The position numbers and the translations under genes are program-made. The notes beneath the pieces were generated by a model that made no database searches, was not told the DNA's origin, and saw nothing but the letters and a program-made list of their open reading frames with translations. Shown piece after piece: positions 8,364-16,919 of a DNA stretch of 64,000 bases (position 1 is the stretch's first letter; each line of letters starts with the position of its first letter). Source of the stretch: Acidobacteriota bacterium (lineage in GTDB: Bacteria; Zixibacteria; MSB-5A5; GN15; FEB-12); NCBI GenBank assembly GCA_035529075.1, contig DATKXK010000011.1, forward strand, positions 64,295 to 128,294, written 5' to 3'.

Positions 8364-10639
8364 AGCAGAAGAGCAATAACACAGGCACGGAGTTCTGCGA
8401 TGCGGTAGCGACGTACATATCGTCGCTGGCCCAAAAGCGGGACTGCGCCGGTGTTGTCAGGTACTACGAGGCACATCGTAGTCTCATTGACGACGCCGGT
8501 GGATCCTGGGCGGGCGCGATCCTGCTCAAGGTGTCCGACGCCTGGGCTTCCCTCACTGACTACCCTGCAGCCTTGAAAACGGCTCGTGTCGCACAGGCCA
8601 AGGCAGCCGAAGACGGAGACAGCGTCCTTCTTGCTGAGATCTTCGTCACTCTCGGAGGCATCCTGCGCGACATGGGACAGGTGAAGGAAGCGCAAAAGGC
8701 GTTTCAGGACGCGGAATCAATCTTCCGCCGTAACGACTGTCTCGAAGGTCAGAGCCGCGCGCTCAATCTCCTGGCCGGACTGTACTTCCGGCAGGCGGAC
8801 TATCGCAGCGCCCTGCGGGTACTCATGGACGCAGTGGAGATTGCGCGCAAACTCGACGACAAGCAGAAGCTGGCCTTCATGATGGGAAACATCGGCCGGG
8901 TTTACACCTTTATGGGCGATCTGGCCGAAGCCGAGAAGCACCTGACCATCAACGTCGATCTCTCCACGGAGCTTCGGGACGAGTTGGAGGTGGCGCGTGC
9001 GTATCTGTCGCTCGGTTATATTCACATCCAACAAGCCGCCTATGACAAGGCGGAGCGGGCGCTGGCGCAGGCATATCCGCGGATCATTACGGCCGCGAGC
9101 CGGCGGGACGAGGTCATTTACATGACCTACCTCGGTGAACTGCGATACCGCACCGGCCGCAACGAGGAATCCGGCGCAGTTCTCGAGAAGGCGCTGGTCA
9201 TGGCGGAGGGCATCGCGCCGGGGACGACCCTGGTCGGCCGTGTCCTCAGGCACCTGGCTGAGTTGAACTTGCGCCTGGACAACTACCGTCTGGTCCGGAA
9301 GTTTGCCGCCCAGTCCATGGTCATAATGGAAAAGACCTCAAACAAGGTCGAAACCGGCGCGCTGCTGCGTATAAAGGCGCAGGTGGCCCAGGCGCACGGT
9401 CACAAAAAGGACGCCGTCCGGCTCTACAAAAAGGCGATCGACGTGCTGGATGAATCCGGTGTTCGCTTTGAGAGGGCTGAAGCTCTGGTGGCGGCGGGCA
9501 AATGCGAACTGTTCGGTCAGCGGCAGCGCATGACCTACCTGTTCCGTGCCGAGGAGTACTATTCCCGGTGTCGGATGACTCAGCGGCTTGACAAGGTCAG
9601 CCGGTTGATCAGCTCTCTTGGCTGCACCAAGGCGGGCCCGGTAACTCCAACGAGAACCGGGACGACGGGCGGGGTCGACTTTCTGACGGCCTCACCGGTG
9701 ATTCAACGTTTCAAGGCACAGTTGCCGATGTTCGGCCATTCCGACCTTCCGCTCATGCTCACCGGTGAGACCGGTGTCGGCAAGGATCATCTGGCCCGGT
9801 ACTTCCACTCCCTGGTTCGGCCCGGCGGACCGTTTGTGGCCATCAACTGCGCTTCGGTTCCCGAGACGCTCCTTGAATCGGAGTTGTTCGGCTACAGCCG
9901 GGGAGCTTTCACGGGTGCCGACGCAAGCAAGTGCGGTCTGTTCGTAGCCGCAAACGGCGGTGTCCTGATGCTCGATGAGATCGGCGACATGCCCCTGAAG
10001 CTTCAGGCCAAGCTGCTTGGAGTTCTGGAGCGGCGGAAAGTCATTCCTCTCGGTTCTACGACCGAGGTTGCCCTTGACGTCATCCTGGTCGCGGCCACGA
10101 ACAAGAACCTCGAAGCCATGGTCGAAGACGGTACGTTCCGGCGCGATCTGTACTACCGGCTCAGCGGCATTACCTTCCGCATCCCGCCGTTACGAGAGCG
10201 CCGGGAGGACATTGCACTTCTGCTGAAGCACTTTCTGGTAGAGCATGATCTTCTGCCGGAGGACCTGGCACCGCCTGCCGAACTGGTCAGGCTGTTTCTG
10301 GCCTATGATTGGCCGGGTAATATCCGCGAACTTGACAACAAAGTCAAACGACTCCAGGTCATGTCGCAAATGGTGGCTGAGGGAGACCTGGTAGAGTTGT
10401 ACCGTTCGCTGTTCCCCCAAAGCGCCGACCTGGACGAATCCTCGGACGGCGAGAGTCTTTTCCAGCGCGTGGAGCAGTTTGAGCGGAAACTGATCACGGA
10501 GGCGCTTCTGGCGGCACGCGGCAACAAGAGCGAGGCCGCACGCCTGCTGGGCGTGCACGAGGCGACGGTGCGCACCAAGCTGAAGCGGTACGGCATTTCG
10601 GTACCGCCCACGGTCTTAAGAGGAGGTGCACCCAGCTAA
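8360..10639 (+). CDS. Sigma-54-dependent transcriptional activator (EBP) with an N-terminal TPR region of about 440 aa
   Basis: Walker A GETGVGKD, GAFTGA loop, ESELFGY, DEIGDM, Fis-type HTH GNKSEAARLLGVHEATV. N-terminus is TPR-like and no receiver domain was recognised. Confidence 0.9.
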   Translation: MKQKSNNTGTEFCDAVATYISSLAQKRDCAGVVRYYEAHRSLIDDAGGSWAGAILLKVSDAWASLTDYPAALKTARVAQAKAAEDGDSVLLAEIFVTLGGILRDMGQVKEAQKAFQDAESIFRRNDCLEGQSRALNLLAGLYFRQADYRSALRVLMDAVEIARKLDDKQKLAFMMGNIGRVYTFMGDLAEAEKHLTINVDLSTELRDELEVARAYLSLGYIHIQQAAYDKAERALAQAYPRIITAASRRDEVIYMTYLGELRYRTGRNEESGAVLEKALVMAEGIAPGTTLVGRVLRHLAELNLRLDNYRLVRKFAAQSMVIMEKTSNKVETGALLRIKAQVAQAHGHKKDAVRLYKKAIDVLDESGVRFERAEALVAAGKCELFGQRQRMTYLFRAEEYYSRCRMTQRLDKVSRLISSLGCTKAGPVTPTRTGTTGGVDFLTASPVIQRFKAQLPMFGHSDLPLMLTGETGVGKDHLARYFHSLVRPGGPFVAINCASVPETLLESELFGYSRGAFTGADASKCGLFVAANGGVLMLDEIGDMPLKLQAKLLGVLERRKVIPLGSTTEVALDVILVAATNKNLEAMVEDGTFRRDLYYRLSGITFRIPPLRERREDIALLLKHFLVEHDLLPEDLAPPAELVRLFLAYDWPGNIRELDNKVKRLQVMSQMVAEGDLVELYRSLFPQSADLDESSDGESLFQRVEQFERKLITEALLAARGNKSEAARLLGVHEATVRTKLKRYGISVPPTVLRGGAPS

Positions 10640-10786
10640 GCGATGCCACCGGACAGTGATCCGGGCGGATCACGCCTGACCTGCCGGAGCGTGTGATTGT
10701 GATAATGTGTCTGTTACAATGACGCTCCGTGAGGCCCGGTGAGAGTTATCGTTCGGTCGTACGAATCTCGCACACACTCCTTGGTT

Positions 10787-10827
10787 GCGGTAAGCGTTTG
10801 GTTTTTCAGGCGCTTACCGCTTTTTTT
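10787..10827 (+). terminator. Rho-independent terminator downstream of the EBP gene
   Basis: GCGGTAAGCG ... CGCTTACCGC 10-bp stem followed by TTTTTTT. Confidence 0.7.
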
Positions 10828-10941
10828 GTGCCGTCATTCGTATGATTGTACGGATTTGAACACCGCCGCCGGCCGCATAATTGACACCGAATGCCAGTAC
10901 GTTCATGCCGGGCAACACGATAGAGGTGCGTACCAGACCGA

Positions 10942-10957
10942 CGGCACGCGCCTTGCT
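10942..10957 (+). promoter_or_regulatory. Candidate sigma-54 (-24/-12) promoter
   Basis: CGGCAC-GCGCC-TTGCT matches TGGCAC-N5-TTGCW with exact GG/GC spacing; about 300 nt downstream of the EBP gene. Confidence 0.55.
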
Positions 10958-10966
10958 CTCATTCTG

Positions 10967-11072
10967 ATTGTCATTTTTACTCCTGAGCACTGTTGCCAGT
11001 GCTTGGTAGGTCCTCTTTTCTTTGGTGTGTGGCCGCCCGCAATTGAGGGGATTGCGGGCGGCGCGCTTTTTT
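10967..11072 (+). ncRNA. Candidate sigma-54-dependent small RNA or terminated leader (about 105 nt; 5' end inferred)
   Basis: Between the sigma-54 promoter and a strong terminator. Contains hairpin GCACTG-TTGC-CAGTGC and the C/U tract CCTCTTTTCTTTGG. No ORF with an RBS. Confidence 0.4.
11032..11072 (+). terminator. Rho-independent terminator
   Basis: GCCGCCCGCAAT-tgagggg-ATTGCGGGCGGC 12-bp stem, then GCGC TTTTTT. Confidence 0.7.
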
Positions 11073-11130
11073 GGCTCACACGATACGTTTTAAGTTGTGT
11101 TTTGAGAACCGGTTGCCCTTCTTTGACGCT

Positions 11131-11790
11131 ATGTCGCGGCCTGCCCTGGGATTGATAGAAACGAGGGGACTCGCCGGAGCACTGGCGGCAACCCGCGCGG
11201 CCACTGACGCCGGTCAGGTCGTTATTGCCTCCCTGGAGCAAACCGATGCCGGGATTGTCACAGTCCGTTTCGAGGGAGACTGGCAGGCAGTCCAGCAGGC
11301 GGTCGAGGCGGGAGCACGGGCCGCTGAAGCTCTGCACGACCTGATTTCCATGCACGTGATCCCTCGCACGGACAACGGTCTCAGTCCCATCCTGCCGTAC
11401 GGACGGTTCGTGGCCAGGTATCGCTCCGAGGAAGACAGGGGGCCGTCACCTCCGCGAACGCCGTCGCTGAAACCTGCCTCACGGCCGGAGCACCGGGAGA
11501 TCAAGCTGCCCCCCGCACAGCCCGCGCCCGCTGTACCGACAGTTGCGCGCGTGGCGCCGCCGCCGAAACCACCGGTCACGCCAGAGCCCGCCGTTATCCC
11601 CGCGCCCGCCGTCCAACCGACTTCCGCCCCGCAGCCGCTTAGTCTTGACGAACTGGCAGAGATGCCGGTGGTCAAACTCCGCAAGTATGCACGGACAATC
11701 AGGAACCTTCCGATACAGGGCCGCCAGATCTCCAAGGCGAACAAGGAGACTCTGCTGGAAGCTATCCGAAGCGTCCGCGTGCCCGAGTAG
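11131..11790 (+). CDS. BMC-H (PduA/EutM-type) shell-domain protein with a Pro-rich linker and a Rho_N/SAP-like C-terminal domain
   Basis: ALGLIETRGL...GIVTVRFEGDWQAVQQAVEAG...HVIPR...ILP aligns along the PduA fold. The C-terminal roughly 140 aa are PxP-rich, then LSLDELAEMPVVKLRKYAR... Confidence 0.85.
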   Translation: MSRPALGLIETRGLAGALAATRAATDAGQVVIASLEQTDAGIVTVRFEGDWQAVQQAVEAGARAAEALHDLISMHVIPRTDNGLSPILPYGRFVARYRSEEDRGPSPPRTPSLKPASRPEHREIKLPPAQPAPAVPTVARVAPPPKPPVTPEPAVIPAPAVQPTSAPQPLSLDELAEMPVVKLRKYARTIRNLPIQGRQISKANKETLLEAIRSVRVPE

Positions 11791-12138
11791 ATAACTTCGC
11801 GCCACCGGTCTCCATAATCTGCAATCGATCCGTCAAGTCTTCTCTCTTCCGCCGGATCGATCAACCCGGCGGGGCACGCACTCACCGACGAACCGATATC
11901 CTGCTCTGATGCGAGCTTCAGTGCGTTCAAGCTGGCGGATGATGCGGGACCGTGACGAGGTAATGGGCGGGTCGGAGTTCCCTGCGCAGGGGGCGTTTTC
12001 GGTTGATTTATCGGGTCTTACGGTATATATATGACCTCTGAGAAACCGTCGGCAAGTGTTCAACAGGGGTCGGCAAGGTAAGTGTCCGGTCCGTCGGCAT
12101 ACCCGCCGGACGGGCCTGCGCAGGAGGGCGGTGCAGTC

Positions 12139-13092
12139 ATGGAGAAGATCCTCATCACCGGTGCACTGGGCCAGATCGGCTCGGAACTGACCGTGGTGTT
12201 GCGCCAGCGGTACGGGCGGGAGAACGTCGTGGCCACGGATATCCGGATGCCGAGCGACATCAGCCTGCGCGATTCCGGTCCGTTTGAATTCCTGGACGTC
12301 CTTGATCCGCATCACATCACGAGGGTCATGCAGATCTACAAGGCGGACACCATCTACCATCTTGCGGCGATTCTGTCGGCGGTGGGCGAAACCCGCCCGA
12401 ATGTCGCCTGGCAGGTGAACGTGAACGGTCTGTACAACATCCTCGAGGCGGCGCGCCAGTACGACTGCGCCCTGTTTGTCCCCAGTTCGATAGGCGCTTT
12501 CGGCAAGTCCACGCCGCTGGACAACACGCCGCAGGACACGATTCAGCGTCCCGATACGATCTACGGGGTCACCAAGGTGGCCGGAGAGCTTGTTTGCGAC
12601 TACTATCACAAGCGCTTTGGACTGGACACGCGCGGGCTTCGCTTCCCGGGACTGATCTCGCACCAGACCGACCCCGGCGGCGGAACCACCGACTACGCCG
12701 TTGAGATCTTTTACGACGCCATCCGGCATCGGGAATTCACCTGTTACCTGCGGGCTGATACGTCTCTGGACATGATGTACATGCCGGACGCCATCAGGGC
12801 GATGATTGACCTGATGGAGGCCGACCCGTCCCGGCTGGTGCACCGCAATGCCTTCAACGTCACGGCGATGAATTTTACCCCGGCGCAACTGGCCGACGAA
12901 ATCCGGAAACACATCCCGGAGTTTGAGATTAAATACCAGGTAGACCCGGAGCGACAGGAGATCGCGGACAGCTGGCCTAACAACATGGACGATTCGGCCG
13001 CCCGCAGGGAATGGGGTTGGCGTCACGAGTACGATCTTCCCAGGATGACATCAGACATGCTGGACGTCTTGTCCCGGAAGCTGGCGGGGTGA
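12139..13092 (+). CDS. tdh: L-threonine 3-dehydrogenase, NAD-dependent epimerase/SDR type
   Basis: ITGALGQIGSEL Rossmann motif, GGGTTDYAVEIFY, MMYMPDAI, ADSWP. The ATG at 12139 follows a GGAGGG RBS. Confidence 0.9.
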   Translation: MEKILITGALGQIGSELTVVLRQRYGRENVVATDIRMPSDISLRDSGPFEFLDVLDPHHITRVMQIYKADTIYHLAAILSAVGETRPNVAWQVNVNGLYNILEAARQYDCALFVPSSIGAFGKSTPLDNTPQDTIQRPDTIYGVTKVAGELVCDYYHKRFGLDTRGLRFPGLISHQTDPGGGTTDYAVEIFYDAIRHREFTCYLRADTSLDMMYMPDAIRAMIDLMEADPSRLVHRNAFNVTAMNFTPAQLADEIRKHIPEFEIKYQVDPERQEIADSWPNNMDDSAARREWGWRHEYDLPRMTSDMLDVLSRKLAG

Positions 13093-13128
13093 GTCGGCCC
13101 GTCGCACCGTTCGCCTCGAGGCCACAGG

Positions 13129-13503
13129 ATGATTTTCGGCATCGGCATAGACGACGTGGACGTGGAAAGACTCAGGCGGCGTCTCGGTGATACCGGCGGT
13201 CTCAAGGAGAGAGTGTTCACGCCGCGGGAGATTGAGTACTGCGAGTCCAGGCGAAGCAGCGCGCAGAACTTCGCGGCGCGCTTTGCCGCCAAAGAGGCGT
13301 TCATGAAGGCAGTCGGCACCGGCTGGCGGGACGGGTTGAAGTTTACCGACGTTGAGGTGGTTAACAACGAGAAAGGGAAGCCTGAACTTGTTCTTCACGG
13401 TGTGGCGAAACGTCTTGTCGACGAGAGCGGCATCACCAACGTCCAGGTATCCCTGTCACATATAAGGGATGTTGCCAGTGCCGTTGTCGCACTGGAGAAG
13501 TAA
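13129..13503 (+). CDS. acpS: Holo-[acyl-carrier-protein] synthase (4'-phosphopantetheinyl transferase)
   Basis: MIFGIGIDDVDVERL, FAAKEAFMKA, SLSH; 124 aa. Confidence 0.9.
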   Translation: MIFGIGIDDVDVERLRRRLGDTGGLKERVFTPREIEYCESRRSSAQNFAARFAAKEAFMKAVGTGWRDGLKFTDVEVVNNEKGKPELVLHGVAKRLVDESGITNVQVSLSHIRDVASAVVALEK

Positions 13504-13517
13504 AGGGAAAATGGAGA

Positions 13518-15224
13518 ATGACTAACATCGGGTCCTACGCCGAACGAGTCAAAAACTTCGATTGGTCAATTTCCGAGAAAGAGCTGGCGTTTAAGGACGG
13601 AAACGTCATCAACATCGGCTGGTACTGCTCCGACCGGATCTGCCAGTTGGGCATGGCGGACAAGCCGGCCCTGCTCTGGGAGAACGCGGCGGGACGGGAG
13701 AAGCGTTATACCTACGACGACGTCAGGCTGACCACCAACACCATCGGCGCGTTTCTCAGGGGCCTGGGGATCGGCGACGGGGACAGGGTGTGTCTTTTCA
13801 TGGACAAAATCCCCGAGCTGTACCTCGGGTTTCTGGGGGTGCTCAAGATCGGGGCCATCGCCCAGCCGCTCTTCTCGGCCTTCGGTGACGAGGCGTTGCG
13901 CATCCGGCTCAGTGACGCCGGGACCGCGGCGATCATCACCCAGCGCAAGCACGTCGCCAAGGTCCGGAAGATGCTCGACCAGGTGCCCCATCTCAGGCAC
14001 GTTATTCTTGTCGATTACGACGGGCGCAAGCCGCTTCGGGATCGGGAGGTTGCCTTTTCCCTGGAACAGGCCGAGCCCGTGCAGGAGTTGGAGATCTTCC
14101 CTACCAAGGCGGAGTCACCGTCCGTGCTTCACTATACGTCCGGAACGACCGGGCAGCCCAAAGGCGTCAAGCACGTTCACTATGCGCTGATCGCCCAGTA
14201 CCTGTCCACCAAGTGGGTTCTGGACCTGCAGCCGGACGACGTATACTGGTGCACGGCCGACCCGGGCTGGGTGACGGGTACGTCCTACGGCATTATCGGT
14301 CCCTGGAGCCTGGGCGTCACGCAGTGCGTCCTGGATGCGGGTTTCTCGGCGGAGGCCTGGTACCGCTTCATTGAAAAGCACAAGGTCACGGTCTGGTATT
14401 CCGCGCCGACGGCCATTCGCTCGCTCATGAAGGCGGGCGATGACCTGGTGCGGAAGTTTGACCTTTCCTCGCTGCGGCACCTGGCCAGCGTAGGCGAGCC
14501 GCTCAACGCGGAGGCGGTGGTCTGGTCGAAGAACGTGTATGGGCATCCCTTTCTCGATACGTACTGGCAGACCGAAACCGGTTCGATCATGCTTACGAAC
14601 TTCCCCGGCATGGAGATCAAGCCCGGTTCCATGGGTAAGGCTTTTCCGGGCATAACGGCAACCGTTCTGGACACCAAAACCTACGAGCCGATCACGGAGC
14701 CGGGCCGGGTCGGGCTGATCGCTTTCAAACCGGGCTGGCCGTCGATGATGCGGGCGTACTGGAACAACGAGGCCACGTACCAGGCCAAGTTCAGAAACGG
14801 CTGGTACCTTTCCGGTGACCGTTCGAGCATCGACAAGGACGGGTACTTCTGGTTTACGGGGCGTGACGACGACGTCATCAATACCGCCGGTCACCTGGTG
14901 AGTCCGTTCGAGGTGGAGTCGGCTCTGCTGGAACATGAGGCGGTCGCGGAGTCCGCGGTGGTGGCCAAGCCCGATGAAGTAAACATGGAAGTCGTGAAGG
15001 CGTTCGTGACGCTCAAGCCGGGGTTTGACGCCGGTGCCGACCTCGAGTTGAACATCATGAACTTCATTCGCAAGAAGCTCTCCCCGCTGGCCATGCCCCA
15101 GGAAATCGAGTACGTTGATTCGCTGCCCAAGACAAGGAGCGGCAAGATCATGCGGCGGCTGCTGCACGCGCGGGAGTGGGGCGAAGAGATCGGTGACATC
15201 TCCACGCTCGAGGATGACGAGTAG
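13518..15224 (+). CDS. Adenylate-forming acyl/acetyl ligase, Bacillus AcsA-like
   Basis: YTSGTTGQPKG, WCTADPGWVTG, YWQTETGS, PKTRSGKIMRR; collinear with the 570-aa short acetyl-CoA synthetases. Confidence 0.85.
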   Translation: MTNIGSYAERVKNFDWSISEKELAFKDGNVINIGWYCSDRICQLGMADKPALLWENAAGREKRYTYDDVRLTTNTIGAFLRGLGIGDGDRVCLFMDKIPELYLGFLGVLKIGAIAQPLFSAFGDEALRIRLSDAGTAAIITQRKHVAKVRKMLDQVPHLRHVILVDYDGRKPLRDREVAFSLEQAEPVQELEIFPTKAESPSVLHYTSGTTGQPKGVKHVHYALIAQYLSTKWVLDLQPDDVYWCTADPGWVTGTSYGIIGPWSLGVTQCVLDAGFSAEAWYRFIEKHKVTVWYSAPTAIRSLMKAGDDLVRKFDLSSLRHLASVGEPLNAEAVVWSKNVYGHPFLDTYWQTETGSIMLTNFPGMEIKPGSMGKAFPGITATVLDTKTYEPITEPGRVGLIAFKPGWPSMMRAYWNNEATYQAKFRNGWYLSGDRSSIDKDGYFWFTGRDDDVINTAGHLVSPFEVESALLEHEAVAESAVVAKPDEVNMEVVKAFVTLKPGFDAGADLELNIMNFIRKKLSPLAMPQEIEYVDSLPKTRSGKIMRRLLHAREWGEEIGDISTLEDDE

Positions 15225-15254
15225 ACGACGGATAGAAGTGTATAGGAGACGGTT

Positions 15255-15500
15255 ATGGAAGACGCGAAGGACGTGGTCCTCAATTACATCATCGAGGAGT
15301 ATCTTGAAGAAGAGGATGACGAGATAACCTACGACACGCCGCTTATTTCCGGTGGCATCGTCGATTCCTTCTCCATGGTTTCCCTCAAGCGGTTCCTGGA
15401 GAATAAGTACCAGATAAGCATTCCCGACGACAAGGCCACGCCGGAGGCGTTTGACACCGTCAACAGCATCGTGGCGCTGGTGAAATCCTTCCTCGGATAG
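15255..15500 (+). CDS. Stand-alone acyl/peptidyl carrier protein
   Basis: 81 aa, acidic, phosphopantetheine-site-like GGIVDSFSMVSL. Confidence 0.8.
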   Translation: MEDAKDVVLNYIIEEYLEEEDDEITYDTPLISGGIVDSFSMVSLKRFLENKYQISIPDDKATPEAFDTVNSIVALVKSFLG

Positions 15501-15622
15501 GCGTGCGGACTGCCGGCTCGCAGTCAGGCGGACCGCGCCGAGTTTGGAATCCGGTCGGCGCCCGAGCTGTGGGACCCGAGGGCCGGGGCGAAGAGACCGA
15601 GTGTTGCATGAGGAGTTAAACA

Positions 15623-16870
15623 ATGGGTTACAGTGACAAAGTCAGGGCAATATACCAGGAACAGATCAAGGAAATTCAGGACGCCGGGCTGTTCAAGCAG
15701 GAACGGTTCATCCATTCCTCCCAGGCGGCGGACATCGAGGTCGAATTCCCCATCGGCTCGTCGTTGAAAAAAGTCATCAACATGTGTGCCAACAACTACC
15801 TGGGGCTTTCCAGCCACCCGGAGGTCATCAAGGCGGCGCACGACGGGCTGGAGACGCGCGGCTACGGCATGTCTTCCGTCCGGTTCATCTGCGGCACGCA
15901 GGACATTCACCATGAACTCGAGCGGAAAGTGAGCGAGTTCCTGGGCACGGAAGATACCATCCTGTTTCCCTCCTGCATGGACGCCAACGCCGGCGTGTTC
16001 GAGGCCATCCTCGGCAGCGACGACGTTATGATCTCGGATCGTCTCGTGCACGCCTCGATCATCGACGGGATGCGGCTGTGCAGTGCCGTGCACGACACCT
16101 TCAAGCACTCCAACATGCAGCACCTGGAATCAAAATTGCAACTCCACGCCGACAAGCGATTCAAGGTGGTCATTACCGACGGCGTGTTCTCCATGGACGG
16201 CGACACGGCCAAACTCGACGAGATCGTCGAGCTGTGCGAGAAGTACGACGCCATGGTGTTCGTGGATGACTCCCACGCATCGGGTTTCATCGGCCGGACC
16301 GGCAGGGGCACTCACGAAAAATGTGGCGTCATGGGCAAAATCGACATCATCACCACAACCTTCGGTAAAGCCCTCGGCGGTGCCTCGGGGGGCTGCGTCT
16401 CCGGGCGTCGCGAACTGGTGGAACTGTGCCGCCAGAAGGCGCGGCCCTACCTGTTTTCCAACACCATCGCCCCGGTGGTTGTCTCGGGCGTGCTCAAAGT
16501 GCTCGATATCCTCTCCCGGAGCACCGAGCGGCGCGACAAGCTGGAAGCCAACACGGCGTACTGGCGCAAAGGCCTGGCCGAGGCCGGCTTCGTTCTCAAG
16601 GAGGGCGACACGCCCATCGTCCCTGTCATGCTGTTCAACGCCAAACTCTCGCAGGATTTCTCCCAGGACCTGTACAACGAGGGAATCTATGCCATGGGTT
16701 TCTTCTTCCCCGTGGTTCCCCAGGGCCAGGCGAGAATACGAACGCAGATTTCAGCCGCCCACGAAACACATCACCTCGACAAAGCACTCGAGGCGTTCAT
16801 CAAAGTCGGCAGGAAATACGACATCCTCGGCAAGACGAAGCAGGAGATCATCGAGAAATACGGAATGTAG
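15623..16870 (+). CDS. kbl: 2-amino-3-ketobutyrate CoA ligase (glycine C-acetyltransferase), alpha-oxoamine synthase family
   Basis: CANNYLGLS, VRFICGTQ, DDSHASGF, TFGKALGG (PLP Lys), FFFPVVPQGQARIRTQ. Confidence 0.92.
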   Translation: MGYSDKVRAIYQEQIKEIQDAGLFKQERFIHSSQAADIEVEFPIGSSLKKVINMCANNYLGLSSHPEVIKAAHDGLETRGYGMSSVRFICGTQDIHHELERKVSEFLGTEDTILFPSCMDANAGVFEAILGSDDVMISDRLVHASIIDGMRLCSAVHDTFKHSNMQHLESKLQLHADKRFKVVITDGVFSMDGDTAKLDEIVELCEKYDAMVFVDDSHASGFIGRTGRGTHEKCGVMGKIDIITTTFGKALGGASGGCVSGRRELVELCRQKARPYLFSNTIAPVVVSGVLKVLDILSRSTERRDKLEANTAYWRKGLAEAGFVLKEGDTPIVPVMLFNAKLSQDFSQDLYNEGIYAMGFFFPVVPQGQARIRTQISAAHETHHLDKALEAFIKVGRKYDILGKTKQEIIEKYGM

Positions 16871-16919
16871 ACCGGCGAGTTGTTAGGCTGGGGCCCCTAA
16901 TCCTGAATAGGTGGTAGTA

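Noticed and set aside
11791-12138. Possible glycine riboswitch or T-box in the tdh leader
   Set aside because: The conserved glycine-aptamer cores are absent (GGAGAG, ACCGAAGGGGCAA, CUCAGGC.AAAGGAC). Only the GTCGGCAAG direct repeat resembles part of one.
11833-13026. Long ORFs antisense to real genes: 11833-13026, 14115-15623, 29320-30234, 33025-34089, 45872-46897, 46933-47853, 51509-52549, 58020-58886, 60480-61886 and many shorter ones
   Set aside because: Each lies opposite a gene with unambiguous family motifs. Their translations are Arg/Gly/Pro-rich low-complexity sequence with no motifs. This is the typical stop-codon-poor shadow frame of high-GC DNA.
12139-16870. Interpreting the cluster as bacterial sphingolipid synthesis (SPT + ACP + acyl-ACP synthetase + CerR)
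   Set aside because: The gene logic is similar. However, the AOS has Kbl-specific motifs, the epimerase-family enzyme aligns with short-chain TDHs along its whole length, and the ligase resembles acetyl-CoA synthetase rather than long-chain acyl-ACP synthetases. No bCerS-like acyltransferase is present.
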